NCBI RefSeq assembly: GCF_006345805.1
Contig: NC_043016.1
Span: 30,752,001 to 30,816,000, forward strand
Length of the DNA: 64,000 nucleotides
Direction of reading: 5' to 3'
From: Octopus sinensis
Taxonomy: Eukaryota
Position numbers and translations under genes: made by a program. Shown here piece after piece: positions 12,371 through 25,394 of the stretch; the stretch's first letter is position 1, and every line of letters starts with the position of its first letter. The notes under the pieces were generated by a model. It saw only the letters and a list, made by a program, of their open reading frames with translations. It was not told the origin of the DNA and made no database searches.

Positions 12371-12600
12371 GTATGTATATGATTGTGTGTCTGTCTTTGT
12401 CCCCCCAACATTGCTTGACATTGATGGTGGTGTGTTTACATCCCCGTAACTTAGCGGTTCGGCATAAGAGACCAATAGAATAAGTACTAGGCTTACAAAG
12501 AATAAGTCCTGGGGTCATTTGCTTGACTAAAGGCGCTACTCCAGCATGGCCGCAGTCAAAATGACTGAAACGAATAAAAGAATAAAAGAAAAGAAAAGGA
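12145..12600 (+). mobile_element. SINE family A
   Basis: gcaggagtggctgtggtaag head, internal (TA)n, gactgaaacgaataaaag tail. Confidence 0.85.
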
Positions 12601-13467
12601 TAAAAATTTAATTCAAAACCCTTTTTTGGATAGAGAACGTTGAAGGCTACTTTTGAATTTTTCTATCTAAAAGGGTTTTCCAAACTAATATTTGCATGTT
12701 ATTATTTATAGCTTTATGCATGTGCTTTGAGAGCCACTGTTCCAAAAAAGAATTATTTTCACAGTCTCTCCAACTCTATAAAGATGTTTATGATATCAAC
12801 AATATATCTATAGAAATATGTATGTATGTATGTATGTATGTATAGGTAGGTAGGTAGGTAGGTAGGTAGGCAGGCAGGCAGATCATCATCGGTTTTCTGG
12901 CTACTCCATACTTGCATTAATCAAATAAACTCTAAAGTTGAATTGAGAATAGTTAGCAAAGGTTTTTTTCTTCCTTTGCCACAATTGTGCTCAAAATTAA
13001 TAGTACCATGAGAATAGAATGATGAATCTACAATGCAATGTTATTATTAATTGGTTTCAATTTCTCAAAACATCCATTCTGCAGATTCACACTAATTGGC
13101 ATAGTGTACTTTTATCCATGCATCTCTTAGTCCATGTATATATATATATATTATCATCATTGTTTAACGTCCGCTTTCCATGCTAGCATGGGTTGGACGA
13201 TTTGACTCAGGACTATATATATATAAATATATATATATATAAATATACTTAGTTCGAATTGAAAACCCCACTAGAATGGGAGAAAGCGCTAATACATGAT
13301 CTAAGTTATATGATGTATAAAAACATGTAATATACAAATAAATATCTGTAAATATAAAACCATCCGAATTTCTGAGTAGTAACTCATTCTTCTAATATAA
13401 AATACCTGTACATCAGCTCTAAACCTTCCAATATATATATATATATAATATATATAATATACATATA

Positions 13468-13500
<33 letters not shown>

Positions 13501-13525
13501 CATATTATATATATATATATATATA

Positions 13526-15023
13526 TGGACGCATAAGAGGTGCAGCAACATCAAAGGGAAAGTAACTGATAAGATAGCTTTCATGTGCGGCAGATGCACA
13601 GGGACAATAGACACCACAAATACTCAGAAAACAGATTCCATCACACTCCAGGGGGAGAAACTAGAAGTAGTTGATAGTTTCCGCTACCTGGGTAACCAAG
13701 TTAGTAGTGGGGGTGGATGCTCAGAGAGTGTCACCACTAGAATACGAATAGCCTGGGCAAAGTTTAGAAAGCTCCTACTCCTACTGGCGACAAAGGGTCT
13801 CTCACTCAGAGTGAAAGGTAGATTGTATGATGCATGTGTGCGAACTGCCATGCTTCACAGCAGTGAAACATGGGCCGTGACTGCAGAGGACATGCGTAGA
13901 CTTGAAAGAAATGAAGCTAGCATGATCCGCTGGATGTGTAATGTCAGTGTGAATGCACGACAGAGTGTAAGCACCCTGAGAGAAATGCTAGGCATAAGAA
14001 GCATCAGATGCGGTGTGCAAGAGCGACGCTTGCGATGGTATGGTCATGTACTGCGGATGGATGAGGAGAGATGTGTGAAGAAGTGCCACTCCCGAACAGT
14101 TGAAGGAATCAGGGGAAGAGGTAGACCCAGGAAGACATGGGATGGGGTAGTCAAGCATGACCTCAGAGCGTTGGGCCTCACTGAGGCAATGGCGAAGGAC
14201 CGAGATCTCTGGAGATGTGCTGTGACTACTAAGACCCGGGATGCTTCCGGCACCAGTCCGCATAGCCCCTGCCCATTCAAAGTACCTTGGATCCCGGAAC
14301 ATCTCACTGTGCTTGAGGAGACCTGTTGAGTCAAGTGCATGTACATGAACATCGAAACAAATATCAATGGAAATAGTAGCAGTGATACCTGTGCCGGTGG
14401 CACATAAAAAGCACCATCCGAACGTGGCCGTTGCCAGTGCCACCTCGACTGGCTTCTGTGCCGGTGGCACATAAAAAGCACCATCCGAACGTGACCGATG
14501 CCAACCCCGCCTCGAATGGCTTCTGTGCCGGTGGCACATAAAAAGCACCATCCGAACGTGGCCGATGCCAGCTCCGCCTCGACTGGCTCCTGTGCCGGTG
14601 GCACATAAAAAGCACCAACCGATCGTGGCCGATGCCAGACCCCTCTGGCACCTGTGCAGGTGGCATGTAAAAAGCACCATCCGAACATGACCGATGCCAA
14701 CCCCGCCTCGAATGGCTTCTGTGCCGGTGGCACATAAAAAGCACCATCCGAACATGGCCGATGCCAGCCCCGCCTCATCTGGCTTCTGTGCCAGTGGCAC
14801 ATAAAAAGCACCAACCGATCGTGGCCGATGCCAGACCCCTCTGGCACCTGTGCAGGTGGCACGTAAAAAGCACCCACTACACTCGCAGAGTGGTTGGCGT
14901 TAGGAAGGGCATCCAGCTGTAGAAACACTGCCAGATCAGACTGGAGCCTGGTGCAGCCCCTGGCTTCCCAGACCCTGGTAGAACCGTCCAACCCGTGCTA
15001 GCGGCTGAAAACGGACGTTAAAC

Positions 15024-15055
<32 letters not shown>
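13526..15055 (+). mobile_element. 5'-truncated RTE-clade LINE: C-terminal RT/thumb coding region (ORF 13583-14329), 3'UTR tandem array, (GAT)n tail
   Basis: GEKLEVVDSFRYLG, LRWYGHVLRM, RGRPRKTW motifs; open frame; inserted in (TA)n. Confidence 0.92.
14391..14875 (+). repeat. Tandem array of 67/62-bp units in the RTE 3'UTR
   Basis: core GTGCCGGTGGCAC(A/G)TAAAAAGCACC at 14391, 14458, 14525, 14592, 14654, 14721, 14788, 14850. Confidence 0.9.
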
Positions 15056-15090
<35 letters not shown>

Positions 15091-16099
15091 CTTACTTCGA
15101 GCATTGAATGACAATATAAGACTTTAGGGAGAAAACAACCTATCAGGCAACCCATAGACAGAATACTTGGGTAGAATGCTTATGAGAAAGCAGATACTGC
15201 TAAAGGTACCCAAGAGCTAAATGTCTGTATTTAAAAAGTTAATAGTGTACCATGTTTCTGAGTTAAGCTATTGGGATAACAACCACAGGTTTAAGATCGT
15301 TTCTTAGCTCAATCATCTTAATCTATCTCTCAGTTTGACCAGCTTTCATGAATGGACAAATTACAAGCTATACACCAAATTCATATTTGTCTATTTCTAT
15401 ACTGGAAAAATATTAACTTCAAAATTCTACCATGGAGTGAGGGAATGTAAAACTGTCAAATATTAAATACAGATTCTATTTAATATTCTTTTAAATGACA
15501 CATTTGTCCATCAATCATATCCACAATGGGTTTTTTATTGTTTTTTTTTATGAACAAGAATAGTAAAATATGCCAAATATGTACATGCTATGCCAATTTT
15601 ATGATGCTGGCCTTACGTTTTTATGATTGCAAGTCCATAATCATGTTTAAATGAGACAGATATCTTCATGAAAATAGTCCATATTTCCTGACCTATTAAA
15701 AAAAATAAGAATAGTCTGAAAATGCCGAGAGAGCAGAAATTGCAGGATGTCTAAGTTCGTAGTTATTAGGTTTGTAATTGCAATCAATTTAGTTCTAGCA
15801 ACAACATTTCCATCCTATTATTTCCATTTAAAGGGCAAGTTTATTAGCCAAAGCAAGTTGTTCATTTCTCAGAATTAAATCAAAATATCAAGTAGTTTCT
15901 TCTATTTTAAAATAGATTTTATGTTGATTTACATTGAAAGTGTTCTCTTAGTTTGAGTGAGCCCATTTTCATCACAAAAATATTTTAATTTGTGAGTAAT
16001 TAACAAATAATTGATATTAAAGAATTTATAAAGGATTGGTGTTTATATATTACTGTGTTTCAATTGTTGAGTCGGAAAAGTATGCAAGTAAACACAAGC

Positions 16100-16515
16100 A
16101 TGGCTGTGTTATTATAAAAAGTTTGCTTCCCAACCACAGGGTCCCAGGTTCAGCCCCACTGGGTGGCACCTTGGGCAATTGTCTTCTACTTTACCCTTAG
16201 ATCAACCAAAGCCCTGTGAGTGGATTTGGTAGATGGAAACTGAAAGAAACCCGTTGTGTATCTGTGTGTGTGTGTGTGTGTGCATACGAGCATGTGTGTG
16301 TGTCTTTGTGTCTGTGTTTTTCTCCCACCACCTCTTGGTAACCAGTGTGTTTATGTCTCTATAACTTAGCAGTTCAGCGAAAGAGACCAATAGAATAAGC
16401 ACCAGGCTTTAAAAAAACAATAAGTACTGGTGTCGATTCATTTGATTAAAAAAAAATTCTTCAGGGAAGTGCTCTAGCATGGTTGCAGTCTAATGACTGA
16501 AACAAGTAAAAGATA
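16100..16515 (+). mobile_element. SINE family A
   Basis: family A head, core and tail. Confidence 0.75.
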
Positions 16516-17459
16516 ACCACCAAAATAAACAGTAAAGTTTGCACTCCTTTATAATCTCCGGATCATGCTCATATACAAGATACTCAACTGTTAACGTCCA
16601 TGCCAATTTACCTATAAAATGTACAGTTGGTAATATTATAAATCATTATATACCTATATATACAGTATATGTTTTCATGTGTATAATGATGTGTGTGAGT
16701 GTGTATATAATTAAATAAAAATTGTACTTCACATCAGGTTATTATAATTATATATATAAAAGTCTATAATTACAAGTAAGTGTGTGTATATGTATTGTAT
16801 GTGTACAAGATGTATGCACATACCAAGTCAACTATAAGCAGTCATCCTGTACCTCTTCTCTCTCTCTCTCTCTCTCAGTATGTATGTATATATATTTCGT
16901 TTTTGTATTTGACTTGCAAGATTCTTTATATGAATTTTTGTGTTGAAGCATAACAAGCACAAACAAACAAACAAAAAGAATGCAGCTCTGATAACAGACA
17001 GAGCCAACGACTGTCGAAGAGGTTGCAAGATGCAACAAATTTTTTTTTCTTAAATTAATAAATAAATGAGTGGAAATCAAACTGGTGAGTGTGTTAAGTA
17101 ACAAGGGATTAAAACAGAATGACTCTTCCCAGACACAATAATATATATGCGTATGTAATGCATATGGGTTACTCTATACTTTGATGAGTTACTCTATACT
17201 TTTGTCGAGTACAAATTTATTATTCTTATACGAGAATGTTGTTGACAATGACTTTGATGTATGTATGTATGTCAGTCAGTCAGTCATCCAAATAAGAACA
17301 TAAAGAAATACTTCAACACATCTTTAACAATCAGTTACAAATGTTTCAAAACCAACTCTGCTTGCAATGTTGATTTAAGCAATATTTGAAGTGAAAATTT
17401 GTGTATTTTTCTGAAAATACCCTCCTTTATACCCTACCAGGACCTTATATAACTATTTC

Positions 17460-17690
17460 TTTACTACCCACAAGGGGCTAAACACAGAGGGGACGAACAA
17501 GAACAGACAAATGGATTAAGTCGATTATATCGATCCCAGTGCGTAACTGGTACTTATTTAATCGACCCCGAAAGGATGAAAGGCAAAGTCGACCTTGGCG
17601 GAATTTGAACTCACAATATAACGGCAGACGAAATACCGCTAACATTTTGCCTGGCATGCTAAGGTTTCTGCCAGCTCACCACCTTTATAT
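17460..17690 (-). mobile_element. SINE family B
   Basis: reverse complement of 27450-27680. Confidence 0.8.
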
Positions 17691-17990
17691 ACCTTATGTA
17701 CCACTTCTCAATTTATCACAGAAAATGCACATTTGTTTGTTTATAAAACAACACTATGAAATTATAGCTCTTAAACCTAACAAGAAGGAGTGGATATGTT
17801 AGTGTAATGGTTAGAACACTTATTGTGAATATAAGAGATGTGGGTTCATGTCTCATGCATAAGGAAAACCGTTTTTTTTTCGTCCAGGGCTTATATGCCC
17901 CAATAATAGACTATTTTCTTAGTTAGTACACAGTGATCACTATTAGCTTTAAGCTTATAAATATTATTATTATTTATAGAATATATATAT

Positions 17991-18030
<40 letters not shown>

Positions 18031-18108
18031 GAAAGAGTGAGAGAGTGGGGGAGATATAGATAGATGGATATGCTGATATAGATATGTGTATATGTACTCA
18101 CATGCATA

Positions 18109-18164
<56 letters not shown>

Positions 18165-18167
<3 letters not shown>

Positions 18168-18322
18168 AAGTTAAAAGTTATGACTGGTCATAGAGTGACC
18201 ATTGGTTTCACACCTATAAAGTGTTTAGTATGCATTGAGTCTGACAAGTTACCTATGCTGCTAAGTGCTTTATAGGTGTAAAATCAATGGTCACTATGAC
18301 TGGCCATAAATTTTGACTTCCT
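18165..18322. mobile_element. MITE with ~55-bp imperfect TIRs
   Basis: aggaagttaaaagttatgac...cacctataaag / ctttataggtg...ttttgacttcct; TA flanks. Confidence 0.65.
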
Positions 18323-18415
18323 AAAACACATATCACTGCTCTAATGGTTTAGAGTCTGTTTCTTATACAGATATATGAATTGCTGACAATATGTGTATGT
18401 GTATGTGTGTGTTAT

Positions 18416-18465
<50 letters not shown>

Positions 18466-19233
18466 TATATATATATATATATATAGTATGTATTTAATAT
18501 AATATATGTATATGTGTGTATATAATATGTATGTATTTAATATATATATATGTATATGTGTGTATATAATATGTATGTATGTATATAATATGTTATATAT
18601 ATGTATGTATATAAAATGTATATATATATATGTATGTATGTATATAACATGTGCTTGTGAAGAACTGTTGAGGCAAATGAAATTATTGACATGGCTGATG
18701 ACAGTATCACCTGATTGGCACCCATGCCAGTGGCACATTAAAAGACCAGATTGTGTCGTATAGCCAGCTGGAGACGATGTCTCCTGGGGCTATATTACAG
18801 CAACATTCATCCTAAACCAGGACTGCCATGTTATGTTGGCAAATAATCTTTACTCCAAAGTGCTGTTGCTGAATATCTCTCGTTGTGAGATTTACATATA
18901 GTAATTTTCTAATATATATATATATATATAATAAAATAGTGTACGGATCTAATTGTGTTAAATAGAGTAAAAAGAAGGGATGTATATTTAATCAAATGAA
19001 GAAGTAAATTGAGTAGAATTAGAGACAAAAAATTAGAAGCTAATGTTAAAATAATTGAGGAAGATGGGGAAAATAATGGAAGGATAGAAGGAAAGAGACG
19101 AACATGTGAGATAATTCAATAGGTTAGGGGAATATAAAAGACTCTTACAGTAAAGTTTTGATAGGAAATAGTACATTTTATAATATATATGCAATATGTA
19201 ATAAATATTATATATATATGTATATATATATAT

Positions 19234-19645
19234 AGGCGCAGGAGTGGCTGTGTGGTAAGTAGCTTGTTTACCAGCCACATGGTTCCGGGTTCAGTCCCAC
19301 TGCGTGGCACCTTGGGCAAGTGTCTTCTACTATAGCCTCGGGCCGACCAAAGCCTTGTGAGTGGATTTGGTAGACGGAAACTGAAAGAAGCCCGTCGTAT
19401 ATATGTATATATATATATGCGTGTGTGTGTTTGTGTGTCTGTGTTTGTCCCCCTAGCATTGCTTGACAACCGATGCTGGTGTGTTTATGTCCCCGTTACT
19501 TAGCGGTTCGGCAAAAGAAACCGATAGAATAAGTACTGGGTTTACAAAGAATAAGTCCCGGGGTCGAGTTGCTCGACTAAAGGTGGTGCTCCAGCATGGC
19601 CGCAGTCAAATGACTGAAACAAGTAAAAGAGTAAGAGAGTAAGAG
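19234..19645 (+). mobile_element. SINE family A, full-length, CpG-rich (young)
   Basis: A-box tggctgtgtgg, B-box gggttcagtcc, internal microsatellite, (GAGTAA)n-type tail. Confidence 0.9.
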
Positions 19646-21459
19646 TATATACATATATACATATGGAGGCGAATGGCTCAGTTAGAGCGTCGAACTTACA
19701 ACTGTGAGGTTGTGAGTTTGAATCCCAGACTGGGCTGCATGTTGTTTTCTTGAGCAAAACACTTTATTTCACATTGCTCCAGTGTATTACTCTTAATTCT
19801 TATTTTTAATTGTTTAACTAAGCATATCTTTTTTATGTGTAATGTAACTCCTCTAATGACAGCAAAGTTTAATTGGTCTTCTAATTCATTTAAAACAAGG
19901 TTTCACTTGTATGAATACTTGTTTCTAAACCTAAAACACAAATTCTCAATTACTTTATCAGCTTTCATATGAAACTGAAAGAAGATGGTATCCCTTTCAA
20001 AATTAAATGGAACATAGTGAAATCCATTTCGTTTTCCATTAGTGTTAGTAAATTATGCAATTTTGAATCAATGCTTTTTTTCCTAAAATGCTCCATTAAA
20101 TAGACATTCTGAATTTATGATGTCAGATAGCCATGACATTTTCAAGAGCTTTCTTAAATACAAATATTTGCTTAATGATAATGACCATTTCCATAGCATT
20201 TAATTCACTAATTACTACATCTGTATTTATTATTAATATGATTAATAATAGTATTGAAGTATTGAAGGCCATTTTCAAGACACTGAGCCTTACTAAGATG
20301 ATGATTAAGGACTGAAATATCAGGTGCGTTGCTGTACTCAAGAAGACCCATCCACCACAGCAGAATTGATACCGGTGCCAGTGCCACATAAAAAGCAACT
20401 AGTAGACTCTGTGGAGCGGTTGGCATTAGGAAGGGAATCCAGCCATAGAAACCAAACCAGAACAGACAGTGGAGTTTGGTGAGGCCCCTAGCCTTACCAG
20501 CTCTGGTGAAACTGAAACCCATGCCAACATGGAAAATGGATGTTAAATTATAATGATGATGTATTTATTATTAATATGATTATTATCATTATTATTGTTA
20601 TCATTATAATTATATATTTTGTATTTTCCACTTTTGTAATACTTGAATTTCTTTTGTGTGTGTGTGTATGTAAATATTTATGTTTATTGTCAATGACATT
20701 GTTGGCCCAGAGTAATCACTTATTATATGTTATATATCTAATATTTTTATTTCTTCTTTTATCCTTTTCTATTAAAATGAAATGTCACTAGTTTATGAAT
20801 TTTATTACTACCATTTTTCTCTCATATTATTCTGGTAGATGTATTAAATATGAAACGCACATCTTTTTTTTTTTTTTTCAAAAGAATTTCTTCAGGTTTC
20901 TGTTTTTCAACTACAAAGGTTATGATTTTGCTGAAAAAAGTTTCATATTAAAACTGAAACTCTCCAACTCTCCCACTTCCAAACCACTTTTTTTTAAAAA
21001 ACTATTTTTCAAAATTGCTCAATTCCATGCTTAAAAATGTGGAGATTATAATTCTGAAAAAAAAAAATTTTACTAAAATTTCATGGCATTAGGAAGGGTA
21101 TCCAACTGTAGAAACCATGCCAAATCAGACAATTGGAGCCTGGGCGGTTTTCCAGTTGGCCAGCTCCTTTCAAACTGTCTGGTCCATACCAGTATGGGAA
21201 CAGATGTTAAATGATAGTGGCGGTGATGGTAGTGGTCACCACCATCACCATCATTGTCATCATCTTTGTTCCATGTTTCATTTCTGAATATTCATACTCA
21301 GCCTGACAGAAGTTTTTTTAAACTCATTCATTAATTTACACATGTGTGGATGCATGCTGAAAAATGACAACAACCTGCAAGCAACATAAACAAGGAAGGT
21401 CTCACTATGTGGTTGCTAGAAATAACAGCTAAATCTTCTTTAAAACTATGCGTGTCTAA

Positions 21460-21822
21460 TCTCTATATATATAAACAGCAAAATGTCTGTGTGTGTCCTT
21501 TATACAAATCCACAATTTTTCAGTTAGAGGACTCGCACTTTCAATGGTCATTCAAAACCGTCCAGGGGTGGTCGTGCACATCTTTACATTTCTCCAGTCA
21601 CCCCACAAAGCGATTAAAAAAATCAATAGAAGTGACATTTTGTGAATTTTCTATCCAAAACCCAATCAAAATGCCCAAAACTTGATACGCCAATTGAATT
21701 CCAGCTAGCTGTATGTGATTGATCAGAGATTTTGGACAGTACTCATGTGTATGCGCGCATGCACGCAGCTGCATATGCATGCACTAGCAGTATGACCTGG
21801 CGTTGCCGGGTCATAGTGCTAG
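21460..21822 (+). mobile_element. Non-autonomous Helitron-like element
   Basis: a|TCtctatatatataaacagc 5' end; terminal hairpin + CTAG|t. Confidence 0.65.
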
Positions 21823-22114
21823 TGTCTTATAAAACTTCACTTGCTTTGCATCCTTCATTCATTAATACTATTCTCTCCAGCCACACTTTCATTGATCATT
21901 CATCCCCACTGAGGCACTAAATTATCTCTCCTCCACCACCACTACCATTATCCCACATTGTTGCTGCATCACTATTATTTTTATTGCTTCCCAGCTCCAC
22001 CCAGTCACTTTCATCCTCTCTCTACAATATGAGAATTCATATGGTTCTTCTATAGTAAAAAAAAAAACCCTGTTCTGTTCTTGCTCTTTTTTCTCTCTCT
22101 ACTCCTCATCTTGT

Positions 22115-22615
22115 GAATGGTCATGTCTCTGTAGTTAGAGTGTCAGGCTCACAATCATGTGGTAGTGAGTTCGATTCCTGGACAGGGTTGTATGTTGTGT
22201 TCTTGAGCAAGACACTTTATTTCATGTTGCTTTTGTTCACTCAGCTGTAGAAATGAGTTGTGATGTCATTGGTGCCTAACTCTATCAGCCTTTGCTTTTC
22301 CCTTGGACAACATCGGTGGCATGGTGAGGAGAGGGTGGTATGCATGGGTGACTGCTGGTCTTTCATAAACAACCTTGCCCAGACTTTGCCTCAGAGAGGA
22401 ACTCTCTAGTTGCAATTCAATGATCATTAATGACCGAAAGGGGTCTTTACCCTTTCCCTATATACATACATTGACATGGAGAGGAGAGGCTGGTATGCAT
22501 GGCTGACTGCTGGTCTTCCATAAACAACCTTGCCTGGACTTGTGTTTCAGAGGGGAACTTTCTAGGTGCAATCTCATGGTCATTCATCACTGAAGGGGGT
22601 CTTTAATTCTCATCT
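22115..22615 (+). mobile_element. tRNA-derived SINE with a ~156-bp direct duplication of its 3' part
   Basis: gagttcgattcc B-box; 22321-22450 is similar to 22477-22606. Confidence 0.65.
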
Positions 22616-22864
22616 TGCAAAGTAACAAGTAGAGAGGAGTAAAGTATGAGAGAAACCCCAAAGGGGTTTCATAGTCTTGCAAGCTGCATGGTAACCTTAT
22701 TTGTGCTGGAGGAATTTAAAAGCACCCAATACACACTATAAAGTAGTTGGCATAGGAAGAGTATCCAACAGTAGGAACTATGCTAAAGCAGATACTGGAA
22801 CAATGTGCAGTGCTTAGGCCCTTCAAATTTCATCAAACCATCCAACCCTTGCAAGCATAGGACT

Positions 22865-23545
22865 CTCTTTACTCTTTTACTCTTTTACTTGTTTCAGTCA
22901 TTTGACTGTGGCCATGCTGGAGCACCGCCTTTAGTTGAGCAAATCGACTCCAGGACTTATTCTTTGTAAGCCTAGTACTTATTCTATCCATCTCTTTTGC
23001 CAAACTGCTAAGTTACAGGGACGTAAACACACCAGCATCGGTTGTCAAGCAATGTTGGGGGTGACAAACACAGACACACAAACATATGGAAGCACTCCGT
23101 CGGTTACGACGACGAGGGTTCCGGTTGATCCGATCAACGGAACAGCCTGCTCATGAAATTAACGTGCAAGTGGCTGAGCACTCCACAGACACGTGTACCC
23201 TTAACGTAGTTCTCGGGGATATTCAGCATGACACAGAGAGTGACAAGGCTGGCCCTTTGAAATACAGGTACAACAGAAAACAGGAAGTAAGAGTGAGAGA
23301 AAGTTGTGGTGAAAGAGTACAGCAGGGATCACCACCATCCCTGCCAGAGCCTCGTGGAGCTTTAGGTGTTTTCGCTCAATAAACACTCACAATGCCCGGT
23401 CTGGGAATCGAAACCGCGATTGTACGACCGCGAGTCCGCTGCCCTAACCACTGGGCCATTGTGCCTCCACACACAAACATATACACACACATACATATAT
23501 ATATACATATATACGACGGGCTTCTTTCAGTTTCCATCTATGTGG
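22865..23545 (-). mobile_element. SINE family A interrupted by a family C SINE
   Basis: 3' half 22865-23087, resumes after 23469. Confidence 0.75.
23088..23468 (-). mobile_element. tRNA-derived SINE family C (long conserved body; superfamily not determined), young
   Basis: minus-strand head ggaggcacaatggcccagtgg...ggtttcgattccc; 14-bp TSD ACACACAAACATAT (23074-87, 23469-82); body also at 40790-41405. Confidence 0.85.
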
Positions 23546-23602
23546 ACATTGAATGATTATTTTGATGATATATATATATATAAAGAGATAGAGAGAGGTA
23601 GG

Positions 23603-23635
<33 letters not shown>

Positions 23636-24086
23636 TAATAGGTATGCATATAAATATATATGTATGTACACACACACGTGTATGTGTGTATGTAAAACAA
23701 AGCATCTAAGCTTATAAGCTACTTTGTGAAATGAAATGCAGGGATTTGAGTTTGTGATAATTGTTTATAAACAGTAAATATATATTTAACTACTTTCTGC
23801 CAACAGCCCTTATGAATGTGGCTAGTATATCTAGCTTGCTAACAATGCTGGGATTCTGAAAATGTCATTTTAAAAAATGCTGTTGCCTGACCTGAAGCAA
23901 GTGGAAATGTTATTTAAATGTTAGTGTCTAAGTATAATTCATCTAAGGAGAAAGAAAGCTATAGGGAAAAGAATTATATGTCCACTTCCCTTTAAATTTA
24001 AAGCTTCATATCCACATAAAGAAAGAGTAATATATATATATATATATATATACATATATACATGTATATATGTATATATATACATG

Positions 24087-24119
<33 letters not shown>

Positions 24120-24133
<14 letters not shown>

Positions 24134-24503
24134 AAGCTGAAGTTGTCTGTGTATGGCAGGTTTGGTAGCCTTCAACTAACACTATCTCCTCCGAGACCCT
24201 ACGGCACAAGTTGACCAAAATTGAGAGTATGATAGAAGGCTTGCTCTTCCTTCCATAGAAGAAAAAATTCAAATCGGACCATGTTAACACCAAAAATTAT
24301 TTACTTTGAAAAGGTGTTTTTTTTTCTATGAAAATCCCTATTTTTTACGATTTTTTGACTGCTGTGTTGCCATTTTTCGGTGTATTTCAACCAGAAAAAT
24401 GTTCACTTAAAGAGAATAACAAGCTACATAATGCATTACTTTTCAAAAATTCCAATTCTAAAGTGTCGAAACAAACCCGAGCAATGCCGGGTGATACTGC
24501 TAG
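24120..24503 (+). mobile_element. Non-autonomous Helitron
   Basis: tatatataaagctgaagttgtctgtg start; cccgagcaatgccggg hairpin + tactgCTAG|t end. Confidence 0.75.
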
Positions 24504-24850
24504 TATATATATATTCTTACATCTTTTACTCTTTACTTGTTACAGTCATTTGACTATGGCCATACTAGGGCACTACCTGGAAGAAGTTTTAGTCAAATGA
24601 ATTGACCTCAGTACTCACAATTTTTTAAAACCTGGTACCTATTCTATCAGTCTCTTTTGCCAAACTGCTAATTTATAGGGATGTAAACACAGACACAAAG
24701 ACACTCTCTCACATGTATGTGCGTGCACACACACACACACACACATCATACATGATGGGCTTCTTTTAGTTTCTGTATACTAAGTCTACTCACAAGGCTT
24801 TGGTCAGCTCAAAGTTATAGTAGAAGACACTTGTCCAAGATACCATACAG

Positions 24851-25180
24851 TTAGTTAGTTAGTTAGTTAGTTAATTTGGCTCAAAAGCAAATAGCAAGGC
24901 CATGTAGGGGGACATGGAGTTATGTACAGGGTGGTGTTCATGTAAAGAGTTCAGGCCACTTGAGGTCGAGGGAGGCTTTGAACAAAGCGGTCGTCGGCAT
25001 CTTCACCATCTCGTCTGGCAGCTTGTTCCACGGATCCGCAACCCGGACGGAGAAAGCTCCTCTCCTTCGATTGAGATGAAATCGTCGCAGGTAGAGCTTT
25101 TCGGAATGACCCCGCAGCCGACGCTCTGGAGCAGGAGTGAAGAACAGCTCTTTCGAGAGGTTACATTTTCGAGAGGTTAC
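24851..25180 (-). mobile_element. CR1-type LINE 3' end inserted in a family A SINE (24515-25250, -)
   Basis: minus translation ...LRGHSEKLYLRRFHLNRRRGAFSVRVADPWNKLPDEMVKMPTTALFKASLD...; stop at 24938-40; (CTAA)n tail; ACAG TSD. Confidence 0.88.
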
Positions 25181-25394
25181 ACAGTGAGAGTGAACCCAAA
25201 ACCATGTGGTTGGAAAGCAAGCTTCTTACCACACAGCCACATCTGTCCCTGAATATTTATACATCAATTCAACCAATGTTTTTGTGAGATATTTTTATTA
25301 AATTATTAAATCTTTTGCATGTATGTCAGGCTCACATGTTCTTTACTTCAATGAATTATATACAAAATTTTTGCTACTTTTGTATGTGACTGTG

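Noticed and set aside
13255-13300. Hammerhead-like ttgaaaa-cccc..ggga-gaaagcgcta (U3-A8 variant)
   Set aside because: Stem I does not pair and the base of stem II is mismatched
14391-14875. CRISPR array (repeat-spacer periodicity, palindromic repeat)
   Set aside because: Linkers are homologous to each other, the array lies in a LINE 3'UTR in eukaryotic DNA, and there are no cas genes; same for 6085-6410
13988-14991. Long minus-strand ORFs (270 and 315 aa) and similar ORFs at 4570-6560
   Set aside because: Products of stop-free tandem units and the antisense of the RTE ORF; peptides cycle through three frames of one repeat
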